Shown: positions 47,556 to 61,120, numbered from the stretch's first letter. The stretch is DNA of 64,000 bases from Eukaryota sp. TZLM1-RC (GCA_040285825.1 JAUPSS010000010.1:496001-560000), one strand, 5' to 3'. Translations and numbers: made by a program. The notes: generated from the sequence alone by a model not told the origin.

Positions 47556-50544
47556 GTTGTTCGTTAGAGGAATCACAAGGGTCGATAGACATGGCGTCCA
47601 AAATAGTAAAACTACCATTTAAACCAGTAACAACTAGATCACCTCTAGTCAGACCCATAGAAGCTCTGTTGTAACGCGTACTATCAATATTGGGATCATC
47701 AAGAATTAATTTTGATAACAGCGGTTCTAAAAAGGAATCTACTCGATATGATTTGCACATTACATAAATTTGGTCCCGGACGTTATTATAAACTTTGCTT
47801 CTAAACGTAATGAAATGTTTACAGTTCAAAAGATGAGTAAACAAAAGAGGTTTACCACATTTACAAGTTAAATGATTGGGCAAATTGTTTGGCCACAGAA
47901 AACAACGAAAGCGCATGTTTAGAAGCCATTCATTGTTTTTTAACAAAAGTCCATAAACAGAGGGAACTTGAGTTACTAAAGCAGCAGCTGAACTATCACG
48001 AATATCCTTTAAAAAATTACCGAAAGCGGGATTTTTAGTTTTGGCCAAGCCAAGACTTACTTCATAATCCAAGCCTTCATATAATTTAACCAGATGGTGC
48101 TGAAGCTTTTTCAAGCAAAAACGTAAATTTGGAAGTGATCGGGTGGGAATTTCTTGAACATTTTGAGGAAAACACTGAATCCAGATATCACTAGGCAAAT
48201 TTTCTAATTCAAATTGCTGTTGATTCAAGTAAAAATTTGATTCACCATTGATCAGATGAACATCAAAAGGGAACCTTTGGAAAATTCAAAACAAAATTTT
48301 TACCACCTCCCAAAAATGCAGCTTTACACAGAATCGAAGATTTGGTGAATCCAATTCCACCCAAATCTGCTGAACAAAAATACATGACTTCGAATTAAAG
48401 ATTCATTTACTCTAATAAAGAAGAAAAAAATTTGACTCGAAGTTTGTTAAAAAGATCTGCAAAAATTGAGAGATACCGATGGGGAGTTGACCTTAAAATA
48501 TGAGTGAATTTTCCAGAATAACAAATTTTTAAAATAAAAAATTTGATGTGTTTCTCAATGTCACATTCAGCAATAAAACTAAGATCCTTGTCAAACTTCT
48601 CCAATAAATTGTTAAACTGGGAATAAATTTCATCCAAATTGCCAAGCCAACATCTAAGAAACTTAAAAGCTTGTTGGTCATAATTGATAAAAGGAATCTG
48701 AGCTCCACCAATCATCAAAGATTGTTTTTCTCTACCAATCAAGAGACATTTAGATGAGTTCAAAGCTAATCCAATTTCTTTGTATTTCGCCGCAATGTCT
48801 TCAGAGACCCTAGAAATGCTTTCAAAAGAACCAATAATAGAAATGTCATCCATATAGGCAACAATACGCAAATCAGGGAAATCTTGTTGTGTCATTTTAA
48901 TAATATTATGAATAGCCAAACAAAACAGCAAAGGGCCAAGAGGATCACCTTGTTTCACACCAGAAGAAGATTCAAGGGTAAAGGAGTCAAAAATTAAGTC
49001 TGACTTTTTTCCATAAAATAAATAAAAATATGCAGAAAGTTCAGGAAAATCTTGAAGAAGCACATCAAAAATACAATTACGTTTCACAGAATTGAAAGCA
49101 TTTTTGAAATCCAAATTGAAAATATATTGATGTTGTTGACTATTGAAAAAAACATCTGAAGTCATTGAAGCAACAGAAGCACCTTCAACAGTTTTTATAC
49201 CAAATTGGAAAGGCTTCAAATAGTCCCTTGCTTTAGTAGAAATTCTGTTAAAAATAAGCGAAGAAAGCAATCTGGTTAATGACTCTCCAATAGCAATTGG
49301 TCTAACTCCATCAGGTTTGTCACCTTTACCAGGTTTAACTAAAGCAACTAAACGGGCAGCAGTCAATTCAGGCGGAGGAACATAATTCAAACACATTAAA
49401 TTTTGAAAATAGGAAGCAAGATCCTCAACAATTTCAGGAGCATTTACAGGCAGTTTTCAACAAATCAAAGGAAATGCCTGAAGGACCAGCAGCTTTTCCT
49501 TTTGGTAATTTAGCAACGGCATTCAATACTTCTTGAGCCTGAAATGGATTTTCGAGCCAATATTGACAAATAGAAGGCTTACTGGGGCAAAAATGTTCAG
49601 TTGGATGGAGGGATTTCAATTTTTCAACAGTTTCGAGATTGGTATCAGCCAGTTTTCCCGAAAAAATATTTTTTAATCCGCTTCCATATCTACCTCTCAA
49701 AAACAATTTTCTTGCTTGAAAAGATGAATTAGCTTTTCCCTGTTTTGGTTTGTAATCAATTTTCTTCTTATTCTTTTTGGCAAAGAATTTCCAAAATCTT
49801 GTTATGTTCCATTTGTTTAATTTCAATTGCGAAGAAAAAGAACGCATTTCCATTGACAAAGGAACAGAACTCGCAGGACTCACCTCTACAGGAATTTTAA
49901 CAGGTGTACGAAGAGAATCACTTGTTTGACAGTCAAAACAAAACAAGAGAGGGCGACCATTAGAAGAATTAGAGAGGAACTTTTTGCAAAAAGGACAACT
50001 ATGTTTCAAGACATTATCCGTAGGATCAGGAGCAACAGTTTTTGGTAAATGAGTTTGATCAATATTTAAATCATAATTAACATCATCAGCAGAAACATTG
50101 GGAACAGGAGGAAGATTTAGTTCGGATGGCGTTTGCAAACTATTAACAATAGAAATATTGGTTTTCAGACTCATTTTTTCGATAATAATATCAGGACATT
50201 TTCTAATGTTATGACCAACCTTGCCACATTTGGAACAGGTATGTCTTCTTTTTTGCACTTTTTCAGGCGTAATATCAGGGGCATCACACAAAGGCAAAAA
50301 ATCTTTTTTAAAAATTTTCAAATTTTTTTGAGAAGAATTTCGAGCATAGCTTGAAGGGTGGGGAGAGTGGAGAAGTGAAGGGGATGAGCTTGATCTGATG
50401 GGTAGAATCTTTGCTTGGGCGTTCCAATCAGTATCAGAGTCACTGTCAGTCACTGGCATCGTTTTGGCAAAGACACAGTACGACTTTGACGCCGTGACAG
50501 AAAGTGAAATATGAGAGGGTTGACTAAGGGAGGGAGAAAAAAAA

Positions 50545-50722
50545 GTATTCTTAAAGCAATTCCAGAAATGTTGACCAAAGCACTGTTACAATTGGGAATA
50601 GAGTATGAAAATCGCGCTTAAAAGATTTGATGATGTTGATGCGTGTATTGAGGATATTGAGTTCTAGTTTTTTTTGTTTAATGTTTTGTTAGCGTTGAAA
50701 ATAAATTCATAATCAAAAAAAA
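50545..50722 (+). mobile_element. Family B 3' end with A-tail
   Basis: ILKAIPEMLTKALLQLG...ACIEDIEF-stop. Confidence 0.85.
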
Positions 50723-51107
50723 ATAAAAATTTGATTCACCATGGATCAGATGAACATCATAAGGAAACCTTTGAAGAAATTCAAAAACAAAATTTTTTCC
50801 ACCTCCTAAAGAGCTGCTTTACATAAAATCGAAGATTCCGTGGAACCAATTCCACCTAAATCAGCAGAACAAACTACATGACTTCGAATTAAAGATTCAT
50901 TTACCTCCAATAATGAGGAAAAAAATTTGACCCGAAGTTTTTTGAAAGATCTACAAAAATCAAGAGATATTGAAGGAGGAGTTGACCTTAAAATATGAGT
51001 GAATTTTCCAGAATAACAAATTTTTGAAATAAAAAATTTGATGTGTTTTTCAATATCAAATTCAGCAATAAAACTAAGATCCTTGTCAAAATTTTCCAAT
51101 AAATTGT
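50723..51107 (-). pseudogene. Family F internal fragment
   Basis: DKDLSFIAEFDIEKHIKFF...LGGIG; similar to 48230-48612. Confidence 0.85.
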
Positions 51108-52164
51108 TTTAACAAAATACGTACAGATTTTTTGGCTTATTTAATGTTGTTGATCCATAGTTTTTGAAAAAACATATTTTTTCTGATTTTCAACTTGGCG
51201 GTATTGGTTTCAATTCATCAAAGTACTTGACCAAAGCTGCATTTATTGGTGGTGAAAAAATTTTGTATTTGAATTTTCCAGAAGATATCCTTTTGCCGAA
51301 AATCTTCTTGAAACTACAAATAGCCTATTCCTTGATAACTTAAGAGAAGAAATATCCAGTTTATCTCCCGACTTATGGCAATCATGTTTCCCCATATCTA
51401 TTCAAGACATTCCAGACAGAATTTTGTATTTGAAAATTGCGTTGAAAAAGCTCCAACGACATCTTTTGAAAAAATTTGAAAGCAAAAATTTTATTGTTCG
51501 ACTTAGCACGGCTAAGAAAGAAAATCCTGCTTTTGCTAATTTTTTGATTGATTTGAAGGACAGTTCATCTGCAGTTTTGTTGAATCAAATTCCCCAGATT
51601 TATGGCCTATTTTTAAATGACGACCAATGGACTACTGCAATGAGAAGCGTTGTTATTTGTGGCCTTGTAATTTGCCCAATGATTTGTTTTGCAAATGTGG
51701 AGCTGGTTTGACATTATCACATTTATTCAATTGCAATAGATTTATTTTTTATCGTTCTACTTTGCATGATGCAGTCAGAGATCAAATCCATGCAATGTGT
51801 AATTCCTATCATATTGAATCATTTGTAGAACCATTGTTGAGGTCTCTTGATATAAATGAAAACCTAAGAGATTCAGAATATGGAAAACGACGTGCTGATG
51901 TTGTTGTGCCCTCATGTGATGATGTTTTGAATGTTGTTGATCTCGTAACAGTGGATGTTTGCAAGAAAAATGCCTTGAGAAATACACAATCCGAAGTATC
52001 CGTCCTTGATGATTCAGAATTGTACAAACGAAAAAAATATGCAAATCCTTTGAAAGAATTGAAACATGTTCGCCATGTAGAATACCAAATTTGCCCATTT
52101 GCTATAACGTTGTATGGTCGTCTTGGAAAAACTGCCATGAATTTTATTGATGATTTTGAAAACC

Positions 52165-52253
52165 TTGTAAAAAGATTTTTTTTAACTGGAATATTTATTG
52201 AGATAAAAAAAATCTATCTAGAATTCAATTTCTTCCATTTTTTTGTAAAAAGA
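52165..52253 (-). mobile_element. Miniature family E 3' end inserted antisense in C, 11-bp TSD (also in units 2, 3, 5)
   Basis: TTGTAAAAAGA at 52165 and 52243; insert is close to the reverse complement of 63812-63874; absent from units 4 and 6. Confidence 0.9.
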
Positions 52254-55200
52254 AGAATGAATAAGCGTTTTGATCATCGCTTGTGGTTAAATCGTATTGT
52301 TTTTACTATTTTCAAATCAATTCCTAAAATGATTTCGAAAGCTTTGATATTTGTCAGTGCACATTACGAAAAATATTGGTGCTGTGAAGTTTGATGGTGT
52401 GGAAGCTTGTTTTGAAGATATTGATTTTTAGACTGTGGATTGGAAAATAAATTAAAAATTATCTAAAAAAATTTTGTTAAATTGTCTAGAAAAATTGTAA
52501 GTTAGGGATGGAGGTAGTGATCTTAGTAAATGAGTAATTTTTCCAGCATAACATTTTTTCAAAAGAAAAAACTTGAGATGTTTTTCCAATTCAAGGGTCT
52601 TTATGACTTCAAGCTCTTTTTTTAATTGAATTTAAATAGTTTTCAAGGCTATCAAGTGTCTTTTTCGGCAGAACCTAAATAGCAACCAAGAAAGGAGAAA
52701 CTAGTATCCTTTGCCGAAAATCTTCTTGAAACTACAAATAGCCTGTTCCTTGATAACTTAAGAGAAGAAGTATCCAGTTTATCTCAAGACTTATGGCAAT
52801 CATATTTCCCCATATCTATTCAAGACATTCCAGACAGAAGTTTGTATTCTTTGAAATTTGCGTTGAAAAAGCTCCAACGACATCTTTTGAAAAAATTTGA
52901 AAGCAAAAATTTTATTGTTCGACTTAGCACGGCTAAGAAAGAAAATCCTGCTTTTGCTAATTTTTTGATTGATTTGAAGGACAGTTCATCTGCAGTTTTG
53001 TTGAATCAAATTCCCCAGATTTATGGCCTATTTTTAAATGACGACCAATGGACTACTGCAATGAGAAGCGTTGTTATTTGTGGCCTTGTAATTTGCCCAA
53101 TGATTTGTTTTGCAAATGTGGAGCTGGTTTGACATTATCACATTTATTCAATTGCAATAGATTTATTTTTTATCGTTCTACTTTGCATGATGCAGTCAGA
53201 GATCAAATCCATGCAATGTGTAATTCCTATCATATTGAATCATTTGTAGAACCATTGTTGAGGTCTCTTGATATAAATGAAAACCTAAGAGATTCAGAAT
53301 ATGGAAAACGACGTGCTGATGTTGTTGTGCCCTCATTTGATGATGTTTTGAATGTTGTTGATGTCGTAACAGTGGATGTTTGCAAGAAAAATGCCTTGAG
53401 AATTGCACAATCCGAAGTATCCCCCTTGATGACTCAGAATTGTACAAACGAAAAAAATATGCAAATCCTTTGAAAGAATTGAAACATGTTCGCCATGTAG
53501 AATACCAAATTTGCCCATTTGCTATAACGTTATATGGTCGTCTTGGAAAAACTGCTATGAATTTTATTGATGATTTTGAAAACCTTGTAAAAAGATTTTT
53601 TTAATTGGAATATTTATTGAGATAAAAAATCTATCTAGAATTCAATTTCCTCCATTTTTTTGTAAAAAGAAGAATGAATAAGCGTTTTGATCGTCGCTTG
53701 TGGTTAAATCGTATTGTTTTTACTATTTTCAAATCAATTCCCAAAATAATTTCGAAAGCTTTGATGTTTGTCAGTGCACATTACGAAGATATTGCTGCTG
53801 TGAGGTTTGATGGTGTGGAAGCTTGTTTTGAAGATATTGATTTTTAGACTGTGGATTGGAAAATAAATTAAAATTATCCAAAAAATTTTGTTAAATTGTC
53901 TAGAAAAATTGTAAGTTAGGGATGGAGGTAGTGATCTTAGTAAATGAGTAATTTTTCCAGCATAACATTTTTTCAAAAAAAACTTGAGATGTTTTTCCAA
54001 TTCAAGGGTCTTTATGACTTCAAGCTCTTTTTAATTGAACTTAAATAGTTTTCAAGGCTATCAAGTGTCTTTTTCGGCAGAACCTAAATAGCAACCAAGA
54101 AAGGAGAAACTAGTATCCTTTTGCCGAAAATCTTCTTGAAACTACAAATAGCCTGTTCCTTTGATAACTTAAGAGAAGAAGTATCCAGTTTATCTCAAGA
54201 CTTATGGCAATCATTTTTCCCATATCTATTCAAGACATTCCAGACAGAAGTTTGTATTCTTTGAAATTTGCGTTGAAAAAGCTCCAACGACATCTTTTGA
54301 AAAAATTTGAAAGCAAGGATTTTATTGTTCGACTTAGTATGGCTAAGAAAGAAAATCCTGCTTTTGCTAATTTTTTGATTGATTTGAAGGACAGTTCATC
54401 TGCAGTTTTGTTGAATCAAATTCCCCAGATTTATGGCCTATTTTTAAATGACAACCAATGGACTACTGCAATGAGAATGCGTTGTATTTGTGGCCTTGTA
54501 ATTTGCCCAATGATTTGTTTTGCAAATGTGGAGCTGGTTTGACATTATCACATTTATTCAATTGCAATAGATTTATTTTTTATCGTTCTACTTTGCATGA
54601 TGCAGTCAGAGATCAAATCCATGCAATGTGTAATTCCTATCATATTGAATCATTTGTAGAACCATTGTTGAGGTCTCTTGATATAAATGAAAACCTAAGA
54701 GATTCAGAATATGGAAAACGACGTGCTGATGTTGTTGTGCCCTCATGTGATGATGTTTTGAATGTTGTTGATCTCGTAACAGTGGATGTTTGCAAGAAAA
54801 ATGCCTTGAGAAATACACAATCCGAAGTATCCGTCCTTGATGATTCAGAATTGTACAAACGAAAAAAATATGCAAATCCTTTGAAAGAATTGAAACATGT
54901 TCGCCATGTAGAATACCAAATTTGCCCATTTGCTATAACGTTGTATGGTCGTCTTGGAAAAACTGCCATGAATTTTATTGATGATTTTGAAAACCTTGTA
55001 AAAAGATTTTTTTTAACTGGAATATTTATTGAGATAAAAAAAATCTATCTAGAATTCAATTTCTTCCATTTTTTTGTAAAAAGAAGAATGAATAAGCGTT
55101 TTGATCATCGCTTGTGGTTAAATCGTATTGTTTTTACTATTTTCAAATCAATTCCTAAAATGATTTCGAAAGCTTTGATATTTGTCAGTGCACATTACGA

Positions 55201-55671
55201 AAATATTGGTGCTGTGAAGTTTGATGGTGTGGAAGCTTGTTTTGAAGATATTGTTTTTTAGACTGTGGATTGGAAAATAAATTAAAATTATCTAAAAAAA
55301 ATTTTGTTAAATTGTCTAGAAAAATTGTAAGTTAGGGATGGAGGTAGTGATCTTAGTAAATGAGTAATTTTTCCAGCATAACATTTTTTCTCAAAAGAAA
55401 AACTTGAGATGTTTTTCCAATTCAAGGGTCTTTATGACTTCAAGCTCTTTTTTAATTGAATTTAAATAGTTTTCAAGGCTATCAAGTGTCTTTTCGGCAG
55501 AACCTAAATAGCAACCAAGAAAGGAGAAACTAGTATCCTTTTGCCGAAAATCTTCTTGAAACTACAAATAGCCTGTTCCTTGATAACTAAAGAGAAGAAG
55601 TATCCAGTTTATCTCAAGACTTATGGCAATCATTTTTCCCCATATCTATTCAAGACATTCCAGACAGAAGT

Positions 55672-56604
55672 TTGTATTCTTTGAAATTTGCGTTGAAAAA
55701 GCTCCAACGTCATCTTTTGAAAAAATTTGAAAGCAAGGATTTTATTGTTCGACTTAGTATGGCTAAGAAAGAAAATCCTGCTTTTGCTAATTTTTTGATT
55801 GATTTGAAGGACAGTTCATCTGTAGTTTTGTTGAATCAAATTCCCCAGATTTATGGCCTATTTTTAAATGACGACCAATGGACTACTGCAATAAGAATGC
55901 GTTGTTATTTGTGGCCTTGTAATTTGCCCAATGATTTGTTTTGCAAATGTGGAGCTGGTTTGACATTATCACATTTATTCAATTGTAATAGATTTATTTT
56001 TTATCGTTCTACTTTGCATGATGCAGTCAGAGATCAAATCCATGCAATGTGTAATTCCTATCATATTGAATCATTTGTAGAACCATTGTTGAGGTCTCTT
56101 GATATAAATGAAAACCTAAGAGATTCAGAATATGGAAAACGACGTGCTGATGTTGTTGTGCCCTCATTTGATGATGTTTTGAATGTTGTTGATGTCGTAA
56201 CAGTGGATATTTGCAAGAAAAATGCCTTGAGAATTGCACAATCCGAAGTATCCCCCCTTGATGATTCAGAATTGTACAAACGAAAAAAATATGCAAATCC
56301 TTTGAAAGGATTGAAACATGTTCGCCATGTAGATTACCAAATTTGCCCATTTGCTATATCGTTATATGGTCGTCTTGGAAATACTGCTATGAATTTTATT
56401 GATGATTTTGAAAATCTTGTAAAAAGAAGAATGAATAAGCGTTTTGATCGTTGCTTGTGGCTAAATCGTATTGTTTTTACTATTTTCAAATCAATTCCTA
56501 AAATGATTTCGAAAGCTTTGATGTCTGTCAGTGCACATTACGAAGAAATTGCTGTTGTGAGGTTTGATGGTGTGGAAGCTTGTTTTGAAGATATTGATTT
56601 TTAG
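55672..56604 (+). CDS. Uninterrupted RLE-only frame in array unit 4 (unit 6: 58431-59363)
   Basis: CKC..HLFNC, RSTLHDAVRD, EP, RRAD, DVVTVD, KRKKY; no RT; no evidence of expression. Confidence 0.35.
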   Translation: MYSLKFALKKLQRHLLKKFESKDFIVRLSMAKKENPAFANFLIDLKDSSSVVLLNQIPQIYGLFLNDDQWTTAIRMRCYLWPCNLPNDLFCKCGAGLTLSHLFNCNRFIFYRSTLHDAVRDQIHAMCNSYHIESFVEPLLRSLDINENLRDSEYGKRRADVVVPSFDDVLNVVDVVTVDICKKNALRIAQSEVSPLDDSELYKRKKYANPLKGLKHVRHVDYQICPFAISLYGRLGNTAMNFIDDFENLVKRRMNKRFDRCLWLNRIVFTIFKSIPKMISKALMSVSAHYEEIAVVRFDGVEACFEDIDF

Positions 56605-59394
56605 ACTGTGGATTGGAAAATAAATTAAAATTATCCAAAAAAATTTTGTTAAATTGTCTAGAAAAATTGTAAGTTAGGGATGGAGGTAGTGATCTTAGTA
56701 AATGAGTAATTTTTCCAGCATAACATTTTTTCAAAAAAAAAACTTGAGATGTTTTTCCAATTCAAGGGTCTTTATGACTTCAAGCTCTTTTTTAATTGAA
56801 CTTAAATAGTTTTCAAGGCTATCAAGTGTCTTTTCGGCAGAACCTAAATAGCAACCAAGAAAGGAGAAACTAGTATCCTTTTGCCGAAAATCTTCTTGAA
56901 ACTACAAATAGCCTGTTCCTTGATAACTTAAGAGAAGAAGTATCCAGTTTATCTCAAGACTTATGGCAATCATTTTTCCCCATATCTATTCAAGACATTC
57001 CAGACAGAAGTTTGTATTCTTTGAAATTTGCGTTGAAAAAGCTCCAACGACATCTTTTGAAAAAATTTGAAAGCAAGGATTTTATTGTTCGACTTAGTAT
57101 GGCTAAGAAAGAAAATCCTGCTTTTGCTAATTTTTTGATTGATTTGAAGGACAGTTCATCTGCAGTTTTGTTGAATCAAATTCCCCAGATTTATGGCCTA
57201 TTTTTAAATGACAACCAATGGACTACTGCAATGAGAATGCGTTGTATTTGTGGCCTTGTAATTTGCCCAATGATTTGTTTTGCAAATGTGGAGCTGGTTT
57301 GACATTATCACATTTATTCAATTGCAATAGATTTATTTTTTATCGTTCTACTTTTGCATGATGCAGTCAGAGATCAAATCCATGCAATGTGTAATTCCTA
57401 TCATATTGAATCATTTGTAGAACCATTGTTGAGGTCTCTTGATATAAATGAAAACCTAAGAGATTCAGAATATGGAAAACGACGTGCTGATGTTGTTGTG
57501 CCCTCATGTGATGATGTTTTGAATGTTGTTGATCTCGTAACAGTGGATGTTTGCAAGAAAAATGCCTTGAGAAATACACAATCCGAAGTATCCGTCCTTG
57601 ATGATTCAGAATTGTACAAACGAAAAAAATATGCAAATCCTTTGAAAGAATTGAAACATGTTCGCCATGTAGAATACCAAATTTGCCCATTTGCTATAAC
57701 GTTGTATGGTCGTCTTGGAAAAACTGCCATGAATTTTATTGATGATTTTGAAAAACCTTGTAAAAAAAGATTTTTTTAACTGGAATATTTATTGAGATAA
57801 AAAATCTATCTAGAATTCAATTTCTTCCATTTTTTTGTAAAAGAAGAATGAATAAGCGTTTTGATCATCGCTTGTGGTTAAATCGTATTGTTTTTACTAT
57901 TTTCAAATCAATTCCTAAAATGATTTCGAAAGCTTTGATATTTGTCAGTGCACATTACGAAAATATTGGTGCTGTGAAGTTTGATGGTGTGGAAGCTTGT
58001 TTTGAAGATATTGTTTTTTAGACTGTGGATTGGAAAATAAATTAAAATTATCTAAAAAAAATTTTGTTAAATTGTCTAGAAAAATTGTAAGTTAGGGATG
58101 GAGGTAGTGATCTTAGTAAATGAGTAATTTTTCCAGCATAACATTTTTTCAAAAGAAAAAACTTGAGATGTTTTTCCAATTCAAGGGTCTTTATGACTTC
58201 AAGCTCTTTTTTAATTGAATTTAAATAGTTTTCAAGGCTATCAAGTGTCTTTTCGGCAGAACCTAAATAGCAACCAAGAAAGGAGAAACTAGTATCCTTT
58301 TGCCGAAAATCTTCTTGAAACTACAAATAGCCTGTTCCTTGATAACTAAAGAGAAGAAGTATCCAGTTTATCTCAAGACTTATGGCAATCATTTTTCCCC
58401 ATATCTATTCAAGACATTCCAGACAGAAGTTTGTATTCTTTGAAATTTGCGTTGAAAAAGCTCCAACGTCATCTTTTGAAAAAATTTGAAAGCAAGGATT
58501 TTATTGTTCGACTTAGTATGGCTAAGAAAGAAAATCCTGCTTTTGCTAATTTTTTGATTGATTTGAAGGACAGTTCATCTGTAGTTTTGTTGAATCAAAT
58601 TCCCCAGATTTATGGCCTATTTTTAAATGACGACCAATGGACTACTGCAATAAGAATGCGTTGTTATTTGTGGCCTTGTAATTTGCCCAATGATTTGTTT
58701 TGCAAATGTGGAGCTGGTTTGACATTATCACATTTATTCAATTGTAATAGATTTATTTTTATCGTTCTACTTTTGCATGATGCAGTCAGAGATCAAATCC
58801 ATGCAATGTGTAATTCCTATCATATTGAATCATTTGTAGAACCATTGTTGAGGTCTCTTGATATAAATGAAAACCTAAGAGATTCAGAATATGGAAAACG
58901 ACGTGCTGATGTTGTTGTGCCCTCATTTGATGATGTTTTGAATGTTGTTGATGTCGTAACAGTGGATATTTGCAAGAAAAATGCCTTGAGAATTGCACAA
59001 TCCGAAGTATCCCCCCTTGATGATTCAGAATTGTACAAACGAAAAAAATATGCAAATCCTTTGAAAGGATTGAAACATGTTCGCCATGTAGATTACCAAA
59101 TTTGCCCATTTGCTATATCGTTATATGGTCGTCTTGGAAATACTGCTATGAATTTTATTGATGATTTTGAAAATCTTGTAAAAAGAAGAATGAATAAGCG
59201 TTTTGATCGTTGCTTGTGGCTAAATCGTATTGTTTTTACTATTTTCAAATCAATTCCTAAAATGATTTCGAAAGCTTTGATGTCTGTCAGTGCACATTAC
59301 GAAGAAATTGCTGTTGTGAGGTTTGATGGTGTGGAAGCTTGTTTTGAAGATATTGACTTTTAGACTGTAGTTTAACAATAAATTAAAATTATTT

Positions 59395-59947
59395 AAAAAA
59401 AATTTCTAATTCAGAAATTAATTGAAGTTCAGTACCAAGTTTAGCACTAATTTCGTTAAGATTTCTAGTTATTTCATCAACATTTCCTAACCAACATCCT
59501 AGAAAACGAAAAGCTTCTTGTGAATAATTTGTAAAGGGAATTTTACAATTATTAATTTTGATCGCTTTGAAATTATTACCAATTAATAAACATTTTTTGG
59601 GATTCAAGTGAAGACCAATAATTTCATATTGTTCAGCAATTTCATTTGAAGCTTTTTGAACAACATCAAATGGACCGATAAGGGAGATGTCATCCATGTA
59701 ACCCACAATTTTGAGAGAAGGGTATTTTTCATTAATAGCAATCAAAGATTCTTGGATTGCTATGCAAAATAATAATGGGCCCAAAGGATCTCCTTGTTTT
59801 ACACCTGATGAAGACTTGAGAGAAAAAACATCATAAACTAATTCACTTGGTTTACCATAAAACAAATAGAAATAGCTTGATAGTTCAGGAAAATGTTTAT
59901 GAATTACTTCGTAAATTGCTTTTCTGTTTATACTATTAAAAGCATTG
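59395..59947 (-). pseudogene. RT fragment of a further related non-LTR family
   Basis: NAFNS, GVKQGDPLGP, GYMDD, FLGCWL. Confidence 0.85.
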
Positions 59948-59952
59948 CTAAA

Positions 59953-60025
59953 AGCTTGTTTTGAAGATATTGACTTTTAGACTGTAGTTTAACAATAAAT
60001 TAAAATTATCAAAAAAAATAAATAA
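59953..60025 (+). mobile_element. Tiny family C 3' end with A-tail
   Basis: Matches 59334-59390. Confidence 0.8.
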
Positions 60026-60041
60026 ATCAAATTCCCCAGAT

Positions 60042-61070
60042 TTTTTTTAAAAGTTTTGAAATTTATTTTGAACGCTAACAAAACATTAAACAAAAAAACT
60101 AGAACTCAATATCCTCAATACACGCATCAACATCATCAAATCTTTTAAGCGCGCGATTTTCATACTCTAATCCTAATTGTAACAGTGCTTTGGTCAACAT
60201 TTCTGGAATTGCTTTAAGAATACTAAAAACAATTCTATTGTGCCAGAAACTGAAGTTCAATTCTTTTCCTGCTCTTTCTTTTATTAAACTTCTGAAACCT
60301 TCGAGAAATTTAATGCCAGATATTCCAATGTTACCAAAAAGAGAAACAGCAAATGGAACCAGCTGATACTTGACATGCTCAACACATCCTAGCTGAGATA
60401 AGGGTTCATTGTACTTTTTGATTTTGCTCTTTTCAGCAAAGCAAAGTGGAGTTTCATCCTTTTTAGCAAAATCAATTGCTGAGTCTTTACAAACATCAAC
60501 AGTGACAACATCAACAACTTTGATCACACCATCAGACCCAGGGGTAATTAAATCAGCACGGCGTTTCCCAAAAGTATTTTCGTCTTCATTTTCAGATGAC
60601 AACCTTCGCACAAGTGGTTCAACAAAAGCTTCAATGTGATGACTTTTGCACATAGCGTATAGTTGGTCTCTACAGCATCGTGAACAACTGAGCGATATGT
60701 AATATTAAATTTGCAATTAAATAAATGATTCTGATTGATGAGCTGACCACAACGACAAATCAAATCATTTGGCACACTACATAAGCACATAAAACACCTC
60801 ATTCTGAAGGCAGTTGCCCATTGATGATCATTTAATAATAAACCATATACATTTGGAATCTGGGAAATGAGACAACTTGAGCTACTTTCCTTAAGATCAA
60901 TTAAAAAGTTTGCAAAAACGGGATTCTTTTCTTTAGCCAAGCTGAGACGAACAGTGAAATCCAAGTTTTCAAAAACTTTTAATATCTTTTTCTGCAATTT
61001 AGCATATGCAAATTTCAAGGAAATCAAACTCCTGGGTGGAATTTCTTGAATATCAGCAAAAAAGCATTTG
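60042..61070 (-). mobile_element. 5'-truncated family B, flanked by short + strand family C scraps
   Basis: RLE ending ACIEDIEF-stop and A-tail; C pieces at about 60026-60041 and 61071-61108. Confidence 0.88.
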
Positions 61071-61120
61071 GAAAAAAATATGCAAATCCTTTGAAAGAAT
61101 TGAAACATCTCACCCTTTTT

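Larger units (their letters stand above)
39807..50545 (-). mobile_element. Full-length non-LTR family F (CRE-like; CCHC, RT, RLE) split by the gypsy element
   Basis: ATG 50459; RT 48407-49440; RLE 47556-48228 continuing 39846-40223 (SNE|HLINSDVNNP), ending GFEDVEF-stop; several homopolymer frameshifts. Confidence 0.9.
51108..59392 (+). repeat. Tandem array of 6 family C RLE/3' ends separated by 5 antisense spacers of about 240 bp
   Basis: Equivalent positions 51286, 52705, 54114, 55534, 56874, 58293 (periods 1419, 1409, 1420, 1340, 1419); spacer encodes FLGCYLG..KHLKFF..CYAGKITHLLRS on the - strand. Confidence 0.95.

Noticed and set aside
51108-59392. CRISPR-like or DGR-like reading of the repeat/spacer array
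   Set aside because: Units are over 1.3 kb, spacers are near-identical, variation is not adenine-specific, and the context is eukaryotic LINE DNA.
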